Below, piece after piece: positions 17,762-25,452 of a stretch of DNA of 32,000 nucleotides (within the stretch, counting starts at the first letter, position 1; every line of letters starts with the position of its first letter). The stretch comes from Candidatus Brocadia sp. (GTDB lineage Bacteria; Planctomycetota; Brocadiia; Brocadiales; Brocadiaceae), in NCBI GenBank assembly GCA_021650915.1, contig CP091279.1:3660001-3692000 (forward strand). Reading direction: 5' to 3'. The position numbers and the translations under genes are program-made. The notes under the pieces were generated by a model that was given only the letters and a program-made list of their open reading frames with translations, made no database searches and was not told the DNA's origin.

Positions 17762-18505
17762 ATGGTACCCGTGCCGTACGACGATAAAAGTCAGGCGATG
17801 AATCCGGATATTTCCCTTGTTATTCCTGTCTATAACGAGGCCGAGAATATTGACCCCCTTGGTCTTTCTATCATCAGCGCCATGCAAGGTCAGAACTACG
17901 AAGTAATCCTTGTCGATGACGGGAGCACCGATGGCAGCGGTCAAAAACTGAACGAATGGTGCGCCAGATATACAAATTTCCGCACCATCCATTTCAGGAG
18001 GAATGCCGGCCAGACGGCAGCCCTGGACGCTGGTTTTAAACGCGCATCAGGGAGATGTGTGGTTTCCATGGATGCGGATATGCAGAACGATCCCGCCGAC
18101 ATTCCGAAATTGCTTGAAAAACTCAAGACGTATGATATGGTATGCGGATGGAGGCAGAAGAGGAACGACCCCTGGATCAAGCGTATCTCAGCAAAGGTTG
18201 CAAATTTCATCCGAAATAAACTGTCACAGGAAGATATTAAAGATACGGGATGTTCCCTGAAGGCATACCGGAGGGAGTGTCTCGGCCGGATCAAATTATA
18301 TAATGGCATGCATCGGTTTTTGCCAACCTTGTTCAGGATGGAAGGTTTTACGGTTGCCGAGATTATCGTAAACCACTACCCGCGGCGGTTTGGAAAATCG
18401 AAGTATGGTATATCGAACAGGGCATTCAGGGCGTTCATCGATCTGTTGGCTGTGCGATGGATGAAAAAACGTAAACTTCATTATGAGGTAGATCATGATG
18501 GCTAA
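17762..18505 (+). CDS. GT2 polyprenyl-phosphate glycosyltransferase (ArnC/GtrB/Dpm1-like)
   Basis: SLVIPVYNE, VDDGSTDGS, DADMQNDP (DxD) and two C-terminal TM helices. An alternative start at 17798 (MNPDISLVIP) is equally plausible. Confidence 0.85.
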   Translation: MVPVPYDDKSQAMNPDISLVIPVYNEAENIDPLGLSIISAMQGQNYEVILVDDGSTDGSGQKLNEWCARYTNFRTIHFRRNAGQTAALDAGFKRASGRCVVSMDADMQNDPADIPKLLEKLKTYDMVCGWRQKRNDPWIKRISAKVANFIRNKLSQEDIKDTGCSLKAYRRECLGRIKLYNGMHRFLPTLFRMEGFTVAEIIVNHYPRRFGKSKYGISNRAFRAFIDLLAVRWMKKRKLHYEVDHDG

Positions 18506-18827
18506 TCTTGCAATGCATATCAATGCATGGGTGATCTTAGGATTTCTTGGACAATTTTTGTTTGGGTCCAGATTTTTCGTGCAATGGATTGTTTCGGAGA
18601 GGCGCGGCGAAAGTATCATCCCCGAGGTATTCTGGTATCTGAGCATGGCGGGGAGCGCCATATTGCTCACCTATGCAATCTACCGGCGCGACCCTGTGTT
18701 TATCATGGGGCAATGTTCCGGGCTCTTTATCTACGTACGCAATGTCATGCTGATCTATAAAAAGAAAAAAATAGTGTCCGCGTCTGCAGACGAGGGGTTC
18801 GGATTACCAGAGACTTTTTCAAAATAA
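18495..18827 (+). CDS. Small membrane protein with lipid-A-biosynthesis N-terminal (LAB_N) domain
   Basis: GFLGQFLFGSRFFVQWIVSERRGESIIPEVFWYLSMAGSAILLTYAIYRRDPVFI matches my memory of the PF07578 pattern. Its start overlaps the GT2 stop by 11 nt, which suggests translational coupling. Confidence 0.75.
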   Translation: MMANLAMHINAWVILGFLGQFLFGSRFFVQWIVSERRGESIIPEVFWYLSMAGSAILLTYAIYRRDPVFIMGQCSGLFIYVRNVMLIYKKKKIVSASADEGFGLPETFSK

Positions 18828-18862
18828 CTTTGCTCCTGAACGTATGTCATTTTGCCGGTAAA

Positions 18863-20443
18863 ATGAGTATAAGCGCGCGTTATCTGAATTTCCGGTGCAG
18901 GATAAGCCTGCTCTTTTTGGTTTGTCTTTTATTACGGCTGTGTTTTAGCGGCAAATATCTGGACAGTTGCGATAGTATAGACTTTGCCCTGGGGCTGAGA
19001 GACTACGACCTGTCTCTCCTTCAGCCGCATTTCCCTGGTTATCCCGTCTATATATTCATCTCAGGACTTTTTTTTAAACTGCTCCATAACGATGTGTGGG
19101 CATTGGCGCTGCCCGGTGTATTGTTTGGCAGTCTTAGCGTCTATCCGCTCTCTTTTCTTGCCAGACGGTTATTTTCAGAAAAAGTAGCCACCCTGACAGC
19201 CATGCTCTATCTCATCAATCCACTCTGCTGGTTGCAGGCGGAAAGGCCAACCTCAGATGCACTGGGTTTCTTCTTCATCATGCTGTCCGCCCATTATTTG
19301 TATCAGGCACTTACGTCGCACGCCCGGACAATTCATGCCGTTCCTGGTGAGGCGCATTGCAATACGGCCATCCGTAAGGCGAGACAGAAAAAATTCCGAG
19401 TACCAAAGACGCTCATGAGGAGTTTCGCGCCTCGTGTGTGGTGTGGCGACAGAAATCTCTTTTTGGGCAGCTTGGCCTTAGGCGTTGGGTTGGGTGTGCG
19501 ACTTTCTTATTCTCCCTTTCTTGTCTTATGGATAGCGACGGTATTTGCTGTTCGGAAGAGACCTTGTCGGATAGCTGCTCTTGTGTGGCGTTTGCGGGGC
19601 CTTGCTGTTGGCGTTTGCTTGTGGTTTCTCCCGCAAATTGGTTACACAGGCTGGCGCGCCTTTTTTCAAAACGGTTTTTCATTTTCACGCGGCCATTTTA
19701 CCGATTGGGGTGGCTCGGTGTTCACCTCTCATGGATTGGAGCGGGTCGCCTCTTTTATAAAGTCTGTCTGGGTGTTCGGACTGGGCGGCTGGTGGTATGA
19801 TACCTCATGTTTACGGTTGGTCCCTTCCCTGATTATTGCGATCTCTCTTTTTTGTTTCTTTAGAAATTATCCCTTTGACCGTCGGGAGTGGTTCCTGGGA
19901 GTATATGGCGTCCCGTATCTGCTCTGGGTGATTTTGGGGCAAAATGTGGCAAATCCGCGGCATCTCCTGCCCCTTATGCCGATGCTGTGCATGATGATTG
20001 CGTACGGACTGTGCAAGGCCTGCGAAAGAGGTTGCAAAGGCGTTTCTCTCGTCTTCATCCTGTTGCTGACTTTTTGCATGGCAGTCACGTCGCTTAAATT
20101 AGTCATAAAATATTGTCATGATGTCCCGGCCCCGATACAATTAATCCGATTTTTAGAGAGACACAGTAATCCCATTTCTTCGAGAATTTACTGCAGCAAT
20201 GAGGAAAGATTCTTTGACTACTATGTCCCGCAATGGGATGTGAGAACGGTGCGGAACAGAACCGAGTTACAAAGGGATGTACTATCCTCATTGGAAACCC
20301 CGCAACAGATCCTTATCGTTCATTCCCCTGGAGAGATCGAACAATTTGGTGTAACACGCCCGCCAACAGCTACCTTTCAAGGAAATCCTTATGCCGATAG
20401 CGCACGGGAAGGATTGTTGCTTTATACCCTGACTGAGTGGTAA
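18863..20443 (+). CDS. Polytopic GT-C fold glycosyltransferase (ArnT / PMT / GT39-83-like)
   Basis: >10 predicted TM helices. An acidic first-loop motif (CDSIDFALGLRDYD) followed by HFPGYPVY. A C-terminal soluble domain. Context: GT2 + LAB_N. The track start is a TTG at 18830; the ATG is at 18863. Confidence 0.75.
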   Translation: MSISARYLNFRCRISLLFLVCLLLRLCFSGKYLDSCDSIDFALGLRDYDLSLLQPHFPGYPVYIFISGLFFKLLHNDVWALALPGVLFGSLSVYPLSFLARRLFSEKVATLTAMLYLINPLCWLQAERPTSDALGFFFIMLSAHYLYQALTSHARTIHAVPGEAHCNTAIRKARQKKFRVPKTLMRSFAPRVWCGDRNLFLGSLALGVGLGVRLSYSPFLVLWIATVFAVRKRPCRIAALVWRLRGLAVGVCLWFLPQIGYTGWRAFFQNGFSFSRGHFTDWGGSVFTSHGLERVASFIKSVWVFGLGGWWYDTSCLRLVPSLIIAISLFCFFRNYPFDRREWFLGVYGVPYLLWVILGQNVANPRHLLPLMPMLCMMIAYGLCKACERGCKGVSLVFILLLTFCMAVTSLKLVIKYCHDVPAPIQLIRFLERHSNPISSRIYCSNEERFFDYYVPQWDVRTVRNRTELQRDVLSSLETPQQILIVHSPGEIEQFGVTRPPTATFQGNPYADSAREGLLLYTLTEW

Positions 20444-20479
20444 ATCGTACATCCTTTCCGGCTTTCCGCCCGGTATTTT

Positions 20480-20522
20480 TGTAATAGTTACAATCATCCC
20501 CTGTAACTATTACATGATTTTA
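20480..20522 (+). terminator. Hairpin 37 nt after the GT-C stop (candidate terminator)
   Basis: Perfect 13-bp inverted repeat tgtaatagttaca (20480-20492) / tgtaactattaca (20502-20514), followed by tgatttta. The stem is AT-rich, so its strength is uncertain. Confidence 0.4.
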
Positions 20523-20728
20523 TCCTTCCAGCCAGTCTGGCTTCGTCAAAAGAAAAGATTGTTTAACTTTTATCTTACTCCATTTCATAGAGTTACCGCA
20601 CAACTCTTCCCTCCCTGCGTATTTCGAAAACATTCGGCACTCTCATTGCTTTTGGTGAAAAGTGCAGTTGCGTGATGCTTAAGGAAAGGAATTTTCGTTG
20701 GCGGTTGAAGGTTTAGGGTTGTACGGAC

Positions 20729-20865
20729 GTAACACTTTAGTTTTTTGAAAAATTCCAGTAATGATGCGATTATCGTACATGGTAGAGGCAATTCATGAAT
20801 TGCCTTTACCTATTGACCCTAAGGTGTTTTCAGCTATTGACATTTTCAAAAAACTAAAGTGTTAC
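20729..20865. mobile_element. MITE-like element (family E), 137 bp
   Basis: TIRs gtaacactttagttttttgaaaaat (20729-20753) and attttcaaaaaactaaagtgttac (20842-20865). The core hairpin ggtagaggcaattcatgaattgcctttacc (20781-20810) differs from the cores of the other copies. Confidence 0.65.
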
Positions 20866-20932
20866 AAAACTTCTTTTTTTGTAAGTTTTTTCACAAACCC
20901 CCTTTCAAGAGGTACCGTTTTTTATGAGTGAA

Positions 20933-21024
20933 AGATTGCTTCGCTTCACTCGCAATGACAACGTGCAGTGTGCCATCAAAGTGTATGATCGCTGTCATTG
21001 CGAGGGCCTTTTCCGAAGCAATCT
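20933..21024. repeat. ~90-bp palindromic element (cattgcgag / cgaagcaatc type)
   Basis: agattgcttcgcttcactcgcaatgaca (20933-20960) and tgtcattgcgagggccttttccgaagcaatct (20993-21024) are inverted copies separated by 32 nt. Confidence 0.7.
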
Positions 21025-21070
21025 CCCCGCTTTCATAAAGGAGATTTGGCTGCGGCTGTGTTGCGCCAGG

Positions 21071-21186
21071 CTATAAGCATGACATCCCTTCGGGAGTACA
21101 GAATTGCTATTTTGCTCACTCGTAGTGATTGTGAGCGAAGGTACGCTGAATAGATACGAGAAATTTTCAAAAGACTAAATTGTTAC
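21071..21186. mobile_element. Solo right half of a long family-E element
   Basis: ctataagcatgacatcccttcgggagtacagaattgc...cactcgtagtgattgtgagcgaaggtacgctgaatagatacgagaaattttcaaaagactaaattgttac aligns with 8512-8627 at roughly 85-90% by eye. No left partner is present. It ends 6 nt before the ATG at 21193. Confidence 0.65.
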
Positions 21187-21192
21187 GTGCGG

Positions 21193-22428
21193 ATGAAGCT
21201 GAAGAGAAACTTGAGAAAGAATAATAATCAAAAAATCATACTCGTAACAGGTGCAACGGGTTTCCTGGGAGGTTGCATAACAAGGAAACTTTTTGAGGCA
21301 GGGTTTCACCTGAAACTCCTTGTCAGGGATTCACATCAGGTAAAAGCGCGGGAGAGAATTTCCGAAATTATCCCGTCATTGAGAGGCGCGAAGCCGTTCT
21401 CTGACCGTGTGGAGTTGGTCGATGGGGATATCTCTCATAAGTATTTCGGGCTAAACGCGAAGGATTATGTGCGGTTATCAGACATGGTTGATGAGGTATT
21501 CCACTGTGCTGCGGCAACGAAGTTTTCCTATGAATCAGACAATATGCTGGTGCAGACGAATGTCTATGGCGCCGAACACGTAGCATGGTTTTGCCTATCA
21601 GGCAAAAGAAAAAGGCTTCATCACATGAGTACGGCATACGTGGCAGGAGCAAGGCGCGACACCGTTTTTGAGCACGAATTAGAGCAGAATCAGATCTTTA
21701 ACAACAATTACGAAAAATCGAAATTTGAAGCCGAGAGATTGCTGCAACAGTTTATTGCCCGCTATCGTCTCCCGGTAACAATCTACCGGCCAAGCATCAT
21801 TGTTGGCGATTCCATGACGGGTGTTACCCGTAATTACGACAATATCTACGTGTTTGGTAAGGGATTGCATCACCTGAAAAATTATGAAATGCGAAAGAAC
21901 AGCAGAGACACGCCAGGGAACAACAAAAAGAGCGCGGGCTATTTGTCATCCCTGAGGATCCCTGGCGATAAACATGCCACGATCAATTTGGTGCCGGTGG
22001 ACTATGTCACTCAGGCAATCGCTGCCATCTCCGGACAGGAACAGAGCATACACAAGACCTTTCAGATTGTAAATCCATCCCCGCCCACGCTTGGTGAACT
22101 AGCGGAGTGGATGTCGGTTGCAACAGGGATTCATCGGGTGAGGATCGTGCCCAGGCACGAATTCCAAACGCAGCCGGAGACGGCAGAGGAAGCAATGTAT
22201 TTAAAAGGGACGGAAACATTTCAGCCCTACATGTTTGGAGAGCCTCAATTTGATTCCACTAATACCAGGAGTATGTTAAGCGGCACAACGATCGAATGCC
22301 CTTTCATTACCCAGGAAAGCATCAACCGCTTTATTCAGTACGCCCTTTCCACCAATTGGGGTAAGAAATTGCCCGTCACGGAAAAAGAATGGTCGCCCAG
22401 GCACGTTGAAAGTATCAAAGCCCCATGA
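21193..22428 (+). CDS. Extended SDR of the thioester-reductase / fatty-acyl reductase type (NAD_binding_4-like)
   Basis: Rossmann motif ILVTGATGFLGG. GDISHKYFGL..DYVRL...VDEVFHCAA. Catalytic YEKSKFEAE (YxxxK). IYRPSIIVGDSMTG. The track start is a GTG at 21187; the ATG is at 21193. I see no obvious SD sequence. Confidence 0.8.
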   Translation: MKLKRNLRKNNNQKIILVTGATGFLGGCITRKLFEAGFHLKLLVRDSHQVKARERISEIIPSLRGAKPFSDRVELVDGDISHKYFGLNAKDYVRLSDMVDEVFHCAAATKFSYESDNMLVQTNVYGAEHVAWFCLSGKRKRLHHMSTAYVAGARRDTVFEHELEQNQIFNNNYEKSKFEAERLLQQFIARYRLPVTIYRPSIIVGDSMTGVTRNYDNIYVFGKGLHHLKNYEMRKNSRDTPGNNKKSAGYLSSLRIPGDKHATINLVPVDYVTQAIAAISGQEQSIHKTFQIVNPSPPTLGELAEWMSVATGIHRVRIVPRHEFQTQPETAEEAMYLKGTETFQPYMFGEPQFDSTNTRSMLSGTTIECPFITQESINRFIQYALSTNWGKKLPVTEKEWSPRHVESIKAP

Positions 22429-22456
22429 CAATTTTTCAAACGCCAACGATGCATCC

Positions 22457-22822
22457 ATGAATAAAAGACCGGAAATCCCTGAAAATATTACGCATGCTGA
22501 GTACTTTAATCGCTTGTTAAAAGACAGGGTGAACCATGCTCCAATCTCTAAAATATCCGGTCTCGACGCTGTCATCCAATTTGAGATAACGGACGGGGAA
22601 AACGGAATATGGTGCGTCGTGGTCGAAAACGGTTTCGTTACCGAAGTGACAAAGGAGACGCTTGTGAAGCCCACCTGCGCCTTTATCCTGGACAGCAATA
22701 CGTTTCTCTCTATTCTCAGGCGGGAAATAACGCCTCAAAAGGCTTTTTTCCAAGGTAAAGTTGCCATTAAGGGCAATATGCTTCTGGCTCTCAGAATGAA
22801 TATTTTAGTCAATTACCTGTAA
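22457..22822 (+). CDS. SCP2 sterol/lipid-carrier domain protein
   Basis: AVIQFEITDGENGIWCVVVENG...ILDSNTFLSILRREITPQKAFFQGKVAIKGNMLLALRM is the typical SCP-2 end. The start at 22457 (MNKRPEIP) avoids overlap with the upstream gene; the track start is 22406. Confidence 0.75.
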   Translation: MNKRPEIPENITHAEYFNRLLKDRVNHAPISKISGLDAVIQFEITDGENGIWCVVVENGFVTEVTKETLVKPTCAFILDSNTFLSILRREITPQKAFFQGKVAIKGNMLLALRMNILVNYL

Positions 22823-22900
22823 TTATTCTACCAACGACGCTGATTTGTATTATGCAAAGCATTCTGTTGTGAACAAAAGAAAAAACCAGAGGTTTTCATC

Positions 22901-25216
22901 GTGAAGCAATACGTTCATATTCTCCTTAAATTCAGAATACTAATCTTAGTCTGCATTGTCATCATAACGGCAATATTTGGTTACTATGCCAGGGAAATGA
23001 GGACCGATAATTCCATCGAGATATGGCTTTCAAAGAATGACAAGGACCTGGAATATTATAAGACCTTTTTAAAGAATTTTGGAGACGAGGAGTTTTTCAT
23101 CGTAGCATTCAGCGCCCCTGATATTTTCACGAAAGACTCTATCCAGTATATTAACGCCATTGCGGAAAAACTGAAAGTACTGGAAGGCGTTACAGGGGTA
23201 ATTTCTCTGGCCGATGTATTCAAAGACAAGATCACCTCCCCTGTTTTCAAGGAAAAAATCCAGACTCAACAGGGTCGCTCTGTAATGAACGTCTTCAAAC
23301 AGCAATTGCTCGCAGATGCAGGGTATCAAAATACGATTGTTTCTAAAAACGGCAAAACTACCGCCATCATTGCCACCATACAATGTGCAGGCCCGGAATC
23401 GAGGAAACAATTAATAAGCAAGGTCAAGAAGGCGCTTGATGAAATGCCCGTTGGACCAATGGACACAAAGCAGAAAAAACGAAATTATCATTTAGCCGGC
23501 CCGTCCGTGGTAAATGTTGAGCTTGATCAGATGTCAAAAAAAGACATGGACAAATTTACCCCCCTCATGTTTGCATTATCAATTATCGTGTTAGGATGCC
23601 TGTTTCGGAATTTTTCCGGTGTCATCATCCCTTTGCTAACGGTTGGAGTTTGCATCATCTGGATTACCGGTTGTTTTGTGTTGTTTGGACAGACGATGAA
23701 CATGATTGCAAACATGCTTCTCCCGCTGACCTTTATCATTGCCCTTTCAGCCTCGATTCATCTGATCAGTCATTATTACCACGAGAGTAAAGTATCCATC
23801 CGGAAAGAAGATGCCATTTGCCAGGCCTTACGGCAAGTCGGTATTCCGATTCTTATGACCACGATCACCACGGCAATTGGGTTTGTTTCACTGGCAACCA
23901 GCAGCATTCCTCCCGTTTTCATCACCGGTTTATTTATGAGCGGGTGTGCATTGCTTACGTTTATTATCAGCATGACGTTTATACCCATACTGCTTTCCTT
24001 TGTCCCATCTTTCACGGTTGCATATCCGGGAAATAAAGCTTCAGCGAGAAACGATTCTGCAAGGCATCCGGACGGAGAGCGAGGCATCGGACTTCTCCTC
24101 CTTCGCCTCAGTCGCCTGATGGCAAGACACAAGGCGCTCATCCTTTCCTGTGTTCTTGGCATGGGATTATTCTTTGCCTGGGGTATCTCAAAACTTCAGA
24201 TTGAATCGGATCTCATGGCATCCTTCCCCGCAAAGAGCCAGATAGCAAGGGACACCGCCTATATTGAAAAGCGCCTGATGGGTTTGCTGCCGGTGGAAAT
24301 CGTTGCCGAAACAACCAATGGCATGAGCATACTTCAGCCAAACCTGCTGAATAATCTGGTCGGTCTCCAGCGCTATCTTCGTAAAATACCCGAAGTGACA
24401 GGTTCGACTTCCATTGCAAATTATATCCAGAAGACCCATCAAATCGTAAATCACGATAATCCTCGGTATTACTCTATACCAGACACACAAAAAGAGGCCA
24501 CAGACTATTTAAAAATGGCTTCTGTATATGGCGACAAATATATTCATTGCCTGTATACACAAGACTACACTGATGCACGGATATCCGTACGAATGAAGCA
24601 GGTTGGTTCAAATCGCTATCAGTCAGTTATACGGTCGATAAAGGAATACATCCGCAAGCATCTTGATACAACCGCATTGTCATGGCATATTACCGGGATC
24701 GTTCCCCTGTTAATCAATGTTCAGGACAACATCCTCCGGAGTGAAATACAGTCCTTTTCCCTGGCCTTTTTTCTAACGTTTCTTTCTACGGCAGTGGTAT
24801 TAAAATCCTTTAAAATCGGGCTTATTTGCATCATACCGAATTTGTTGCCTGGCACGATAACCCTGGGTCTGATGGGATTCACCGGCATGAAACTCGACGC
24901 AGCGACCATCATGATTGCCAGCATTGCGCTGGGAATATCCGTCGACAATACCATCCACATCTTTTACCGGTTTAAAAACGAATTGTCTGTTGACGGAGAT
25001 TATTCAAAGGCGGTTTGCCGTACCTTGCAGGGAGCCGGGAAAACCGCCTTGTTTACTTCCCTGTCGGCAGCCTTTGGGTTTATGGTCTTTTCCTTTTCAA
25101 GCTTTAAACCGGTGCAATATTTTGGTGTGCTCACCAGTGTGACCATGATAAATGCGATCGTATCTGATTTATTTATTTCCCCCTGCTGTCTGTTGTTATT
25201 TAAACCAAGGTTTTAA
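22901..25216 (+). CDS. MMPL/RND-superfamily lipid exporter (HpnN/MmpL-like, two 6-TM halves)
   Basis: 771 aa with an N-terminal TM helix, a periplasmic domain and a 5-TM bundle, and then the same arrangement repeated (sterol-sensing-like segments). GTG start with RBS agagg. Typical MMPL size and topology. Confidence 0.8.
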   Translation: MKQYVHILLKFRILILVCIVIITAIFGYYAREMRTDNSIEIWLSKNDKDLEYYKTFLKNFGDEEFFIVAFSAPDIFTKDSIQYINAIAEKLKVLEGVTGVISLADVFKDKITSPVFKEKIQTQQGRSVMNVFKQQLLADAGYQNTIVSKNGKTTAIIATIQCAGPESRKQLISKVKKALDEMPVGPMDTKQKKRNYHLAGPSVVNVELDQMSKKDMDKFTPLMFALSIIVLGCLFRNFSGVIIPLLTVGVCIIWITGCFVLFGQTMNMIANMLLPLTFIIALSASIHLISHYYHESKVSIRKEDAICQALRQVGIPILMTTITTAIGFVSLATSSIPPVFITGLFMSGCALLTFIISMTFIPILLSFVPSFTVAYPGNKASARNDSARHPDGERGIGLLLLRLSRLMARHKALILSCVLGMGLFFAWGISKLQIESDLMASFPAKSQIARDTAYIEKRLMGLLPVEIVAETTNGMSILQPNLLNNLVGLQRYLRKIPEVTGSTSIANYIQKTHQIVNHDNPRYYSIPDTQKEATDYLKMASVYGDKYIHCLYTQDYTDARISVRMKQVGSNRYQSVIRSIKEYIRKHLDTTALSWHITGIVPLLINVQDNILRSEIQSFSLAFFLTFLSTAVVLKSFKIGLICIIPNLLPGTITLGLMGFTGMKLDAATIMIASIALGISVDNTIHIFYRFKNELSVDGDYSKAVCRTLQGAGKTALFTSLSAAFGFMVFSFSSFKPVQYFGVLTSVTMINAIVSDLFISPCCLLLFKPRF

Positions 25217-25223
25217 CCGGAAG

Positions 25224-25403
25224 GCAGGGGCAGGTTTGAAACCTGCCCCTGCAATAATGTAATGCTAAGGAATTTCAAAGTTGTGGTTGTAGAGCGACGA
25301 GCCTCGTCGCTCTACCTTGAAATGTATAGGAATTTCAAACACCCCCCATAATCCCCCCGTAAACGGAGGGAAATGTTTTTTGCTCCCCCCAGTTTACGGG
25401 GGG
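25224..25403. repeat. REP-like hairpin cluster directly after the transporter stop
   Basis: gcaggggcaggtttgaaacctgcccctgc (25224-25252). gtagagcgacgagcctcgtcgctctac (25289-25315), flanked by ggaatttcaaa motifs. ccccccgtaaac (25353-25364) / gtttacgggggg (25392-25403). Confidence 0.85.
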
Positions 25404-25452
25404 AAACAGGGGGTAGAGTTGCCAAAGGCATAATTCATAAATTACGGGAACT

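Noticed and set aside
20585-20791. 68-aa minus-strand ORF
   Set aside because: It lies across the left terminus of a family-E element and degenerate repeat sequence, with no RBS.
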